This document shows, in pieces, positions 40,101-48,419 of a DNA stretch of 64,000 bases (positions within the stretch are counted from its first letter, which is position 1; each line of letters starts with the position of its first letter). Source of the DNA: an uncultured delta proteobacterium (GTDB lineage: Bacteria > Myxococcota_A > Polyangia > Polyangiales > Polyangiaceae); assembly GCA_963696385.1 (NCBI GenBank), contig CAVOKF010000003.1, forward strand, positions 96,001-160,000, in the 5' to 3' direction. The notes below the pieces were generated by a model. The model was not told where the DNA came from, made no database searches, and was given only the letters and a program-made list of their open reading frames with translations. The position numbers and the translations under genes were made by a program.

Positions 40101-40703
40101 GGAATGCACGGCCACTTCGGGAGCGGATGCGCCGTCAAGCCGCGAGTCATGTCGGTACTCTCGCAACCAAGCGAGCCCAAGATCCAAGACGTAGGCGCGC
40201 GGCCCTAGCGCGCTCGAAGCCAAATCGAGCATGATATTGGACGGCTTCAAGTCTCCATGGATGACCCCGCGCGCATGCGCGTGAGCAAGTGCGGAGAGCA
40301 CCTGGTCCGCCATGGCCCAGGTAACGTTCCACGGCAGGTGCATGGTGTGCATCCACTCGTGCACGCTCCGCCCCGGAAGCACGTCCATGACGAAAAAGGG
40401 GCTCCCATCAGCGAGCTGACCGAAGTCTCGAGCGCGCACGATCGCCGGATGGTCGAGCAGCGAAACGGCGCGCGCCTCCTGGTGAAACCACCAGCTCTCT
40501 TCGGCCGCCCGGGCGCCTCCCTTGTCCGGCGAGCGCAAGCGCTTGAGTGCGACCCGATCGCCCGTAACGACGTCCTTGCACAGGTAGACGACCCCCATGC
40601 CGCCGCGACCGAGCTCGCGCACGACTTCGTAGCGCTGAGCCAGTACGGTGCCGATCTCATTGGCCGCGACGCCCGTAGTTTGGTTCTGCCCTACCGTCTT
40701 CAT
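37164..40703 (-). CDS. Hanks-type Ser/Thr kinase fused to a STAND-like P-loop NTPase and TPR repeats
   Basis: GRGGMGVVY, VALKRL, HGDLKPSN, DLG, APEQ; Walker A GDAGVGKS, Walker B LMWLDDLH; C-terminal TPR-like repeats. Confidence 0.93.
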   Translation of the reverse strand: MKTVGQNQTTGVAANEIGTVLAQRYEVVRELGRGGMGVVYLCKDVVTGDRVALKRLRSPDKGGARAAEESWWFHQEARAVSLLDHPAIVRARDFGQLADGSPFFVMDVLPGRSVHEWMHTMHLPWNVTWAMADQVLSALAHAHARGVIHGDLKPSNIMLDLASSALGPRAYVLDLGLAWLREYRHDSRLDGASAPEVAVHSGAGTVGWVAPEQIRRQAALVGPATDLYALGCVMYRVLSGREVFEGTAQEVLRAHKRLAVAPVRLPDDAPPAASKFVLRLLEKKPWNRFEVAADARKAWVRLKPAHASTLEEIVQGNPSSRAVPAAYARSLAPGILSLRAPMLVARHDERRELWRSVEGIAGGDEHQDLVALIGDAGVGKSRIAEWLCAEVHERGVMLPLRARYGRTPSALDGITGAIAAHFGLTRADRATVEQTLISRWDVAQDDDEALSWVAATAEWLRPTPPGSVAPLGPTGKRFVLDRPELRFLVIKRLLERLAADRPLLMWLDDLHYASPNTFEVLARLKRDAPALRLFVLATARSETLATDIDAALRMEALRAAWTGRVIELKPLGTDDTETLLRSALPLEDGAVRRAVEQSRGNPLFALQLLYAWAGGGYLTLDGDTYRVPEHAIHGRPITTAELWDERVRAIPTELRLSAYAAAALGDDVRGEVLKTLCASLGVDSRDAFAALTGAQILLASGMDQFHWPHALLQEHLIERLNERKDAPGVYRLAANALAKHPGVGSRRIMKHRVTNLLRAGDDDTAAKLMLDFIRASWRRGRDTSATLQDLEMLKGHLNRSNAAEAALWRAESLRYMGRLDEARTEGEAARRAFEQGGDLANEASALRLLGHIASDLGQPAQGRVLVAGALQRYGRLGDAAGRAQAEVVLGEIDYLLGDHARSRATLNKAIERCTHVADVLGRAQCLILLALIEEAAGAFQRGRDLLARARTEFDGIGYRLGVAQSDVALGHADHRAFEFARARARALAARASFREVENPRGEAACERLLAMVALDSDDYEASEAHARVAFKIYEKLHDPWGQLEARLLLAQVALARDDERAAAIVSACDKAVLDEAEPRQHRHLTRAWLAQRQGRWAHAAAELDAARTAFVVPTLESGSARAAEALARTGDHTPHLLVRLGRMTWAGPALEKIETWLSQIEAASGRAIARISAPTSREA

Positions 40704-40812
40704 GAGCCAAATGAGGCCAGCCTAGCGCATCGGGCGGGGACCCTGCCGTCCGGGCCGGCTGCCAACGCTCGCTCTCGGTGTCGGCGTTCGTCCCCCCCCA
40801 GCAATCGACGAT

Positions 40813-41487
40813 TTACTTCTTCTTCGCCGGCATGGTCTGGAACACCAAGTCCCATAGGGGCGAAGACACGCCGAACCCGCCATCGTGATCGGCGAAGTGG
40901 TGTGTCATGTGGTGTCGCCGCAAGAACTTCCCCCAACGAGTCGTCGGAACGAAATGGTGCACGTAGTAGTGCGTCCCGTCGTAAAAAAGGTAGCCGACGA
41001 CGAATCCGGCGAAGAAGGGCTCGCCCATCGGGCGGCCCATCGCGAGCGAAAAGATCGTGTAGAAAATGACGGCAAGTGGAACGCTCGTGAGCAAGGGCAT
41101 CACGAGGCGATCCTTGTCGCCGGGATACTCGTGATGCACGCCGTGCAGCAGAAAATGCACACGCTTGCCCCAAGTCGTGTCATTGGACCAATGAAACACG
41201 AACTTGTGCAAGACGTACTCGGCGAGGGTCCACGCCAGCATGCCGCCTGCGAACAGGGCTGCAACGGAGAACCGTGCCGGGTCGTGCCGCAACGTCGAGC
41301 GGACCAGAAAGAACCCGACCACCGGCACCCAGGCGACAAATGGCGTCGCCGGGTGGATGCGAGAGAACCGCTCCAGCCAGTCGTTTTCGAACATTCGGCA
41401 CGTGGTCCCGTTCCCGCGAGCGCCACCGTTGCTACCGGATGCTCCGGTCATCTTCGCGAGGCGAGGTTCGAGGACGTCGTTGGTCAT
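40813..41487 (-). CDS. Fatty acid hydroxylase (FA2H/Scs7-like; sterol desaturase superfamily)
   Basis: His boxes EYVLHKFVFH, LLHGVHH, YDGTHYYVHH and RRHHMTHHF; DRLVMP; FGVSSPLWD. Confidence 0.9.
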   Translation of the reverse strand: MTNDVLEPRLAKMTGASGSNGGARGNGTTCRMFENDWLERFSRIHPATPFVAWVPVVGFFLVRSTLRHDPARFSVAALFAGGMLAWTLAEYVLHKFVFHWSNDTTWGKRVHFLLHGVHHEYPGDKDRLVMPLLTSVPLAVIFYTIFSLAMGRPMGEPFFAGFVVGYLFYDGTHYYVHHFVPTTRWGKFLRRHHMTHHFADHDGGFGVSSPLWDLVFQTMPAKKK

Positions 41488-41700
41488 GGGAACGTTCGGA
41501 ATTCTCTGCGCCAGCCGCCACGGTACGGTAGAACCGACGGCGATGTTCGGCAATAGCGCGACCGCATGGGCGATCCTGTGACATTTGGCTCGCGCTTCGG
41601 CCATGACGGTACCTGCCGCGGGACGAAGTGCTAGCCGAACGCGGTTCTCATCACGACGCTTGACGCCGGCACGACCTTGGCGATGCGCTAGGCAGCCATC

Positions 41701-42123
41701 ATGGCCGACTCAAAAACGAGCAGAGCCCTTCATGTTCTCGCCCAGGGGCTGGGCCGCCTCGGGCGCCAGCGGGCACGCGCCGCAGGTCAGCTGACCCTCC
41801 AACAGGCCGAAGCCCTCCAGATCATCGCGGAGCGAGGAATCGTCGCCACGTCGGTGCTCGCCTTCCGCCTCGGCATCGATCCGTCGACGGCGAGCCGCAA
41901 CCTGGCGGGCCTCGAGCGGGGCGGCCTCATCGCACGCCGCAAGGGAACCGAAGACGGACGGCAGAACGATGCGCGATTGACGGCGCGTGGCAAACGCGTC
42001 GCCGAAGCCGTTGCCGCGGAATGGTCGACGGCTTGTGCGACACTGCTCGAGCGATTGCCGCGCGCGGACCGGCAACGCGTGGTCGAAGCGCTCGACATTC
42101 TGGCCCGAGTACTCGAGCAGTGA
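41701..42123 (+). CDS. MarR-family transcriptional regulator
   Basis: LAFRLGIDPSTASRNLAGLERGGLI...EDGRQ...LTARG winged-HTH signature. Confidence 0.9.
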   Translation: MADSKTSRALHVLAQGLGRLGRQRARAAGQLTLQQAEALQIIAERGIVATSVLAFRLGIDPSTASRNLAGLERGGLIARRKGTEDGRQNDARLTARGKRVAEAVAAEWSTACATLLERLPRADRQRVVEALDILARVLEQ

Positions 42124-42141
42124 TCGCCAGCTTCGACCCGT

Positions 42142-42174
42142 ACCGTTCAATAGAGCGGTCCGCTCAATAGAGCG
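42142..42174. repeat. Two tandem palindromic units (ACCGTTC-AATA-GAGCGGT and CGCTC-AATA-GAGCG) between convergent genes; possible bidirectional terminator
   Basis: 17-bp-period duplication of CCG(T/C)TCAATAGAGCG; each unit folds into a hairpin with the same AATA loop. Confidence 0.55.
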
Positions 42175-42206
42175 ACGAGGCTCACCCGTCGAGCTTTGGT
42201 TCGTGC

Positions 42207-42548
42207 TCAGGATTCGTGCTCAGGAAGCTCAGCCTTCGTCCGTCGACGACGCGCATGCGTCGCGCGTCCGCCTTTCTGACCCGCGATGCGCGCTTCTTCG
42301 GTCGTGAATTCATGAGCGGTGCCGGCCGAATGCGCGGCCTTGCCTCCCCTTCGGGCGATGTCGCTCACGAGCTTGCGATCCATGGCTGCGAAGCCTCGGG
42401 GGCGCTTGACCGCAGCGTCGCCAGCCTCGGCGCCGGCGGTTTGCGGAGGCCGGTCCGGCATAAGCCCCTGGGGGGGAGCCGTGCAAGACGGCACCGACGT
42501 GTCATCGGAGTCGGTCCTCGATTGCGTTTCGGGAATTCGGGCGCTCAT
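42207..42548 (-). CDS. KGG-repeat general stress protein
   Basis: RGFAAMD...IARRGGKAAH...AHEFTTEEARIAGQKGG; AGGAGG SD before ATG 42548. Confidence 0.9.
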   Translation of the reverse strand: MSARIPETQSRTDSDDTSVPSCTAPPQGLMPDRPPQTAGAEAGDAAVKRPRGFAAMDRKLVSDIARRGGKAAHSAGTAHEFTTEEARIAGQKGGRATHARRRRTKAELPEHES

Positions 42549-42700
42549 GACGGTGCCTCCTCTGCTTGTCATGTTCTTGACATTCTTGATCGAGCGTAAC
42601 GTCCACTTCTTCGCGCCGGGCGCAGGCGTCCCGAGATCCGTCCTCCCAAACGGACGTAACTGCGATAGTGGCCATCCCCCAAACGGCGATGGGTCGCGCG

Positions 42701-42964
42701 CTAATTCAGAAATTTGCGAGAAATGAGACGTGCAGCTTCTGCCGATGCGTGCTCGATGGTTTCTTGAACGACGGAATCCGAGGCTTCACTCGAAACGCGG
42801 ATTGCGAAACGCCCCGCGCTCTCTTCGAAAAAACCCGGCTCGAGCGTCGAACCGTCGTCGAGGGTAAGAGAGCAGGATTCCACCGGCAGCACGTACATCC
42901 GCGAAGCGACCTGTACGTGAACATAACCAAGAAAGCGCCCATTCGGGGATCCGGTAACGCGCAT
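42701..42964 (-). CDS. Hypothetical protein (87 aa)
   Basis: MRVTGSPNGRFLGYVHVQVASRMYVLPVE...ARLISRKFLN has a protein-like composition. The ORF extension upstream overlaps zwf and was discarded. Confidence 0.7.
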   Translation of the reverse strand: MRVTGSPNGRFLGYVHVQVASRMYVLPVESCSLTLDDGSTLEPGFFEESAGRFAIRVSSEASDSVVQETIEHASAEAARLISRKFLN

Positions 42965-43137
42965 TGCAGGAGTTTTCAACCTCGTGATCAGCAAACTTAA
43001 ACATCCAAGCAGCCCGCGCAAGGTCCAGGCCTGTCCCCGGGTCTGGGAATAAGCATTGGCGAGCCTCAAGGACGGATCTCGACTCGGACGAATGCCGGCT
43101 GCCGCAGATGGCGTGGGAGCGTCTGCCCGACACGGTA

Positions 43138-43166
43138 TTGCACGCCGCCCCGCTCTCGCGTACGGC
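43138..43166 (+). promoter_or_regulatory. Candidate sigma70 promoter of the zwf operon
   Basis: TTGCAC-N17-TACGGC ending 9 nt before the zwf ATG; the -10 match is imperfect. Confidence 0.4.
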
Positions 43167-43175
43167 TGAGGCGTC

Positions 43176-44720
43176 ATGATTGGACCCAATCCCCTGCGTC
43201 GAGGGCTCGTCGAGGACCGCGCAAGCGACTCTTGCGCCGTAGTCATTTTTGGCGCCTCAGGAGATCTCACCCGTCGCAAGCTGATGCCCGCGTTGTACAA
43301 TTTGGCGTGGGCGCATTCCCTGCCGGGGGGATTCGCGGTCGTCGGCGTTGCCCGGCGCGAGAAAACCGACGAGTCTTTTCGCGCGGAGATGAAGTCGGCC
43401 GTTTCGGCCTTTTCTCGTCGGAAGCCGATCGATCCCGTCGTCTGGTCGGACTTCGAGAAAGGCATCGGCTACGTGCGCGGGGCGGCGAACGATCCGTCGA
43501 CGTACGAGGCGTTGCGCACGCACCTCGAACGCATGGATGCAGAGCGCGGGACGGGGAAAAATCGCCTTTTCTATCTCGCCGTCCCACCGAACGAGTTCGG
43601 GCCCATCGTCGAGGGACTTCGCGGCTCGCGTCTCGTTGCCCCGGCGGCGCGCGAGCGCGCCGAGGGGATATGGACGCGCGTGGTCTTCGAAAAGCCATTC
43701 GGGCACGATTTGGCAAGTGCGCGCGAGCTGAACGATGCCGTCGCTGCCGCCTTCGATGAAACTCAGGTCTTTCGTATCGACCATTATCTCGGGAAAGAGA
43801 CTGTCCAAAATTTGTTGGTTTTTCGGTTCGCCAACTCACTGTTCGAGCCCCTTTGGGGGCGCGAGCACGTCGATCATGTCCAGATTACGGTTGCCGAGGA
43901 CCTCGGCGTCGAGGGTCGCGCGAAGTTCTACGAACAAACCGGTGTCACACGCGACATCGTCGAAAACCACCTGATGCAACTGCTGTGTCTCACCGCGATG
44001 GAACCGCCGATTTCGCTCTCCGCCGACGCCGTGCGAGACGAAAAAGTGAAGGTTCTTCGGAGCCTTCGTCCCATGGAGAACGACGAAGTCGCCGACAACG
44101 TGGTCCGAGGGCAATACGCGAGCGGTGTGGTGCATGGGGAGGAAGTCGTCGGTTATCGCCACGAGCCCGACGTGGCGCCTGAATCGCGCATCGAGACCTA
44201 CGTAGCCATGCGTGTATTCGTCGATAACTGGCGCTGGAGCGGCGTCCCCTTCTACGTGCGTGCGGGAAAACGACTGGCCAGGCGCGTAACGGAGATCGCG
44301 GTCGCGTTTCGCGAGGCCCCCCACACCCTTTTTCGCGCGAGAGACGGAGGGATCACGCCGAACGTGCTTTCGCTTCGCATTCAGCCGGACGAAGGCATAG
44401 CCCTGCGCTTCATTTCCAAAGAGCCTGGACAACAGACGATCCTGCGCGATGTGGCGATGGATTTCCGTTACGGGGCCACCTTTGGGTCGAATACTCCCGA
44501 AGCGTACGAGCGACTCCTGCTCGATGCGATGCGTGGCGAAGCTACGCTATTCACCCGTCGCGACGAGGTCGAAGAGCAGTGGGCGTACATCGACCGTGTC
44601 CTGCGAGCCTGGGGGTCCAGCGATCCCTCGGCTCCGCCGCTGTACGCCGCCGGTTCGTGGGGCCCGGAGCGAGCCGACGAGCTGCTCGCCCGTGACGGCC
44701 GACGCTGGCGGAAGCCATGA
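43176..44720 (+). CDS. zwf: Glucose-6-phosphate 1-dehydrogenase
   Basis: IFGASGDLTRRKL, EKPFGHD, RIDHYLGKE, WRWSGVPFY. Confidence 0.98.
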   Translation: MIGPNPLRRGLVEDRASDSCAVVIFGASGDLTRRKLMPALYNLAWAHSLPGGFAVVGVARREKTDESFRAEMKSAVSAFSRRKPIDPVVWSDFEKGIGYVRGAANDPSTYEALRTHLERMDAERGTGKNRLFYLAVPPNEFGPIVEGLRGSRLVAPAARERAEGIWTRVVFEKPFGHDLASARELNDAVAAAFDETQVFRIDHYLGKETVQNLLVFRFANSLFEPLWGREHVDHVQITVAEDLGVEGRAKFYEQTGVTRDIVENHLMQLLCLTAMEPPISLSADAVRDEKVKVLRSLRPMENDEVADNVVRGQYASGVVHGEEVVGYRHEPDVAPESRIETYVAMRVFVDNWRWSGVPFYVRAGKRLARRVTEIAVAFREAPHTLFRARDGGITPNVLSLRIQPDEGIALRFISKEPGQQTILRDVAMDFRYGATFGSNTPEAYERLLLDAMRGEATLFTRRDEVEEQWAYIDRVLRAWGSSDPSAPPLYAAGSWGPERADELLARDGRRWRKP

Positions 44721-45829
44721 CGATCGCCCCCGGAATTGTCCTTGCCCGAATTGACGAAGAGTTGCGCGCGCTCTGGACCACGCCTGCCGTCGCCGGCGAG
44801 CCCCTGAAATCGCGCGCTTGCACGATGAACCTGGTCGTGGTTGCGGCGACACCCGCCCTGGCCGACCCGTGCGTCGCCTTTGTCGATGAGGTCGTCAAGA
44901 ACGTGCCGGCACGCGCTATCGTCGTGGGCCTGGATCCGGATGGCCGCGACGAGCTCGAGGCCTCGGTCTCGGCCGTTTGCGCACCCGACCCGGGGGGGCG
45001 CACGATCGTTTGCTCCGAGCGAGTCACGCTGGTCGCACGCGGTGCGCTTTGCAACCGCCTGTCCAGCTGCGTGCAAGCCATCTGTGCGACGGATGTGCCG
45101 ACTACGCTCGTGTGGCTTGCGCGCGTGCACTCCGACGATCCGGCTTTCGAACCGCTGGCCCGGGAGGCACGGAGGGTCGTCCTCGATGCCGGGCAGAGCT
45201 CGATCGCGAGCTTGTCGCATGCCGTGCGTTGGGCGCGGGGCCGTCCCGAGGATGAGCGGCCCGGAATCGCGGATCTCGTATGGAGCCGCCTCGCATCGTG
45301 GCAAGAACTTTGCGCGCGGATGTTCGATCCGCCGCGCTTGCGTGGGCTTGTTCGCCGCGTCACGCGGGTGAGCCTGCTGCAAGCCTGCCCAACTGGAGCG
45401 GCACTCGCCCCGGAGGGGGCTCTTCTGCTCGGTTGGATGGCGACGCGTCTCGGATGGAAGACAGCATCCTTGGCTGGAAAATTGCGCCTCGTCCGTCCCG
45501 ACGGCGGATACGTCCAGACCCAGATCAAGCAGCAACCCGTCGATTGGGCGCCAAAAGGAAGTCTGCTCGGGCTCGAACTCGAGGCGAGCGCAGACGGCCT
45601 CGCCATTCTCGGAGAAGTTGTGCGCCAAGATGCCGCCCAAGCGGCGTGGCGCGTCCGTGTCTCGTCCGACGGTGAAACGCAGCACCTCGAGCAACACATC
45701 CGCCTTCGGCCCACGGGAGTCGCGCTCGTGCTCGAGCGCACGCTTCATCGTCCTCCACAAGACGATGCGCTCGCGGACGCCGCCATTTGGGCGGATGAAC
45801 TGCGGGGCGAGGAGCTTGCTGGTGCGTAA
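44717..45829 (+). CDS. opcA: G6PDH assembly/effector protein OpcA
   Basis: ATGA-coupled to zwf; RACTMNLVV, PARAIV, CSERVTL, DVPTTLVW, ADLVWSRLASW, LLLGWMATRLGW. Confidence 0.88.
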   Translation: MTIAPGIVLARIDEELRALWTTPAVAGEPLKSRACTMNLVVVAATPALADPCVAFVDEVVKNVPARAIVVGLDPDGRDELEASVSAVCAPDPGGRTIVCSERVTLVARGALCNRLSSCVQAICATDVPTTLVWLARVHSDDPAFEPLAREARRVVLDAGQSSIASLSHAVRWARGRPEDERPGIADLVWSRLASWQELCARMFDPPRLRGLVRRVTRVSLLQACPTGAALAPEGALLLGWMATRLGWKTASLAGKLRLVRPDGGYVQTQIKQQPVDWAPKGSLLGLELEASADGLAILGEVVRQDAAQAAWRVRVSSDGETQHLEQHIRLRPTGVALVLERTLHRPPQDDALADAAIWADELRGEELAGA

Positions 45830-45885
45830 GGGTCGACTCGTCCGGGTTCGCTTCCGAATTGCGAGCGGCTAAGGTCACGCGCGGC

Positions 45886-46638
45886 ATGAACACGCAGGTG
45901 GTTCCGGGGCGACTGATTGTGTTGCGGGAGGCCGGGCAGGTCGCACAACAAGCCGCAGCCTTGGTCGGGCGGGCTCTGCAAGCTGCAATCTCGTTGCGCG
46001 GATATGCGACCCTCGCCTTGTCGGGCGGAAATACTCCTCGCGCCGCCTACGCGCTGCTCGCCCGCGAGCCGGGAATCGACTGGGCGAGCGTCCGCGTCTT
46101 TTGGGTCGATGAGCGAGCTGTTGCACCCGACGACGACCGGAGCAACTATCGGTGGGCGAAGGCCACGTTGCTCGATGCCGCGCAAGTGCCAGAGCGGCAA
46201 ATTCACCGCATGCCCGCCGAGCGGACCGACGCAGACCAGGCGGCGCGCGAATACGAACTGTTGCTCCGGAGCGAGACGCAAACCGGCGACGACGGCGTTC
46301 CTGCCCTGGACGTCGTGGTGCTGGGGGTCGGAGACGACGGGCACACAGCGTCGCTCTTTCCAGGCGAGCCCACCGTAGACGTCGTCCATCGGCTCGTTAT
46401 CGCGGTCCCCGCCAGTGCGGGTCGCGAGGGGCGATTGACGCTGACCGTCCCCGTCCTTCAAAACTGCGGGAGCGTTTTCGTTCTTGCTTTGGGCGCCGGG
46501 AAGATCCAAGCGCTGCGCCGCGTCTGGGACATCCACGGCGATCTGCGCGAAACCCCGGCGCGTCTCGTGCGCGGCTGTCGCGGCTCGATCACGTGGCTCG
46601 TGGACCGCGCCGCAGCCGGTCTGACACCGAACGAGTGA
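45886..46638 (+). CDS. pgl: 6-phosphogluconolactonase
   Basis: LSGGNTP, FWVDERAV...SNY, LGVGDDGHTASLFP. Confidence 0.95.
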   Translation: MNTQVVPGRLIVLREAGQVAQQAAALVGRALQAAISLRGYATLALSGGNTPRAAYALLAREPGIDWASVRVFWVDERAVAPDDDRSNYRWAKATLLDAAQVPERQIHRMPAERTDADQAAREYELLLRSETQTGDDGVPALDVVVLGVGDDGHTASLFPGEPTVDVVHRLVIAVPASAGREGRLTLTVPVLQNCGSVFVLALGAGKIQALRRVWDIHGDLRETPARLVRGCRGSITWLVDRAAAGLTPNE

Positions 46639-46695
46639 GCCGGTCCGACAGCGAATGCGTGACTGCGACGAACGCACCGGTCACCCGGCTCGCTT

Positions 46696-46867
46696 CGGTC
46701 CGCCGCATGGCTCCAGCCGACTCGGCCTGATCGACGTCGGGTCCGCCGCGTGGCTCCAGCCGGCCCGGCCCGATCGACGTCGGGTCCGCCGCGTGGCTCC
46801 AACCGGCCCGGCCCGATCGACGTCGGGTCCGCCGCGTGGCTCCAACCGGCCCGGCCTGATCGACGTC
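46696..46867. repeat. Tandem repeat, 4 x 43 bp (consensus GGGTCCGCCGCGTGGCTCCARCCGGCCCGGCCYGATCGACGTC)
   Basis: Units at 46696, 46739, 46782 and 46825, head-to-tail with no spacers; intergenic between convergent pgl and glk. Confidence 0.95.
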
Positions 46868-46958
46868 GAGAAGGCGAATGTTCGCGACCCTCCGCATTTC
46901 GTGCGGACGCGAACCCCCGCCAAACCAGACGCTCGACTGCGAGTTCTCGCGCGGACGG

Positions 46959-47939
46959 CTAACGTCCCAGGGCTACTCGGGCGGCCCCGGCGAGACCGAT
47001 GTTCGGGTCGAGCACGACCGCGAGCGGAATTTTTTCCATCAAGGACATAAAGCGGCCCTTGTCTGCGAACGCGCGCCGGAAACCGCCTTGTTCGAGGATG
47101 GGGAGCATGCGGACGGCGATGTTTCCGGTGACGTAGACCCCTCCCACGGCCAGCGTCTTCAAGGCGAGATTGCCCGCCTCCGCACCATAAATCGTGGAGA
47201 AAAGATGAACGGCCTGGGAGGCGGCCTCACTTCGCCCGCCGATTCCGAGATCAGAGATGGCGGCGTTGCGATCCGGTGCCGCCGCGATCGACCGCGCATT
47301 TTCGGAGCTCTCCGGGGTCCCCTTGGCCTGCCGGAAAAAATCGTAGATATTGCCCAGACCATCGCCCGAGAGGGTTCGCTCCCAACTCACGTGGCCGAAC
47401 CGCGTCCGTAGAAACTGAAACAATTCAACTTCGAGCTCATCGCGTGGAGCAAAGTCGCTGTGTCCGCCTTCGGTGGCGCTCGGGACGTATCGCATGCCGT
47501 CCCAAATCAGCATCGCCTCGCCGAGTCCGGTCCCAGCGCCGAGAACCGCGATGTTGGCACCTTTCCGCCTGGGAGCGCCGGCGCGACCGATGGTCCGGAG
47601 CTTGCGCGGCGGCACGCCGAGTGTGCCCAGTGCCAGCGCCACCAGATCGTTGATGAGCGTCACACGTCGGATCGAGAGCTTCCGTCCGAGCAACTTCGCG
47701 TCGATGACCCAGGGCAGATTCGTCGTGGAAACGCACCCATCGACGACCGGCCCGGCGACGCCAAAGGCCGCGGCACGAACCTTCGGCGACGGCTTCGACG
47801 CCGATAGAAAAGAGCGGACCGCCGCTTCGAGTGACGGAAAGAGCCGACTCTCCAGATCTTGGTGCCGAACCGTGCGTCCGGTCGGGCCCAAAAGAGAAAG
47901 GCGCGTGTGGGTACCTCCGATATCGCCGATGACGAACAC
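46959..47939 (-). CDS. glk: Glucokinase (E. coli Glk type)
   Basis: GDIGGTHTRL, FGVAGPV, TNLPW, LINDL, GAGTGLGE, TEGGHSDF. Confidence 0.95.
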   Translation of the reverse strand: MFVIGDIGGTHTRLSLLGPTGRTVRHQDLESRLFPSLEAAVRSFLSASKPSPKVRAAAFGVAGPVVDGCVSTTNLPWVIDAKLLGRKLSIRRVTLINDLVALALGTLGVPPRKLRTIGRAGAPRRKGANIAVLGAGTGLGEAMLIWDGMRYVPSATEGGHSDFAPRDELEVELFQFLRTRFGHVSWERTLSGDGLGNIYDFFRQAKGTPESSENARSIAAAPDRNAAISDLGIGGRSEAASQAVHLFSTIYGAEAGNLALKTLAVGGVYVTGNIAVRMLPILEQGGFRRAFADKGRFMSLMEKIPLAVVLDPNIGLAGAARVALGR

Positions 47940-47954
47940 GGGCCAGAGCCTCTA

Positions 47955-48383
47955 TCACGATTCGCTGCTCAGCACCCACATGGCCGCGATTCCGAGCACC
48001 ACCCCGAGGGTCCGCCGTGCCGTGAACGCCTCACCGAAGAGCCATGGTGAGGCAAGCGCGCTCAGGACGACGCCACCACCTAGGACAATCGTGCCCGTGG
48101 ACGCCACGGGCCCACCGCGCCGAAGAGCCGTGAAGAGGAGAACGCTCGCACCCGATACGGCAAGGCCGCTCGCCGCTGCGAATCCGACTCCCGCCCGTGT
48201 CGTGACCACAGCGCCTCCGCGACCGCCCAATGCGAGGACCGCGGCGATACCGATGCATGCGCTCGCCTCGAGGACGAGCGCGCCGAGGCGGTCGCCCACG
48301 CGACCCGACGCGGCCCGCAGCAAAAGGTAGTGAACGGCGATGCAACCAGCGGCGCCGAACGCAGCGGGGGACCACGCAGACAT
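47955..48383 (-). CDS. DMT/EamA-like small membrane protein
   Basis: About 5 hydrophobic helices; C-terminal LFGEAFTARRTLGVVLG typical of EamA. Confidence 0.75.
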   Translation of the reverse strand: MSAWSPAAFGAAGCIAVHYLLLRAASGRVGDRLGALVLEASACIGIAAVLALGGRGGAVVTTRAGVGFAAASGLAVSGASVLLFTALRRGGPVASTGTIVLGGGVVLSALASPWLFGEAFTARRTLGVVLGIAAMWVLSSES

Positions 48384-48419
48384 GAGGTCCAGATACCATC
48401 GGTGGTCCCCCGTCCCCGA

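Noticed and set aside
41667..41682. Sigma54 promoter before MarR (CGGCACG-N4-TGGC)
   Set aside because: GG-N10-GC spacing fits, but both boxes deviate from consensus and such matches are frequent in GC-rich DNA.
46696..46867. CRISPR array
   Set aside because: Units are head-to-tail with no unique spacers, and there are no cas genes.
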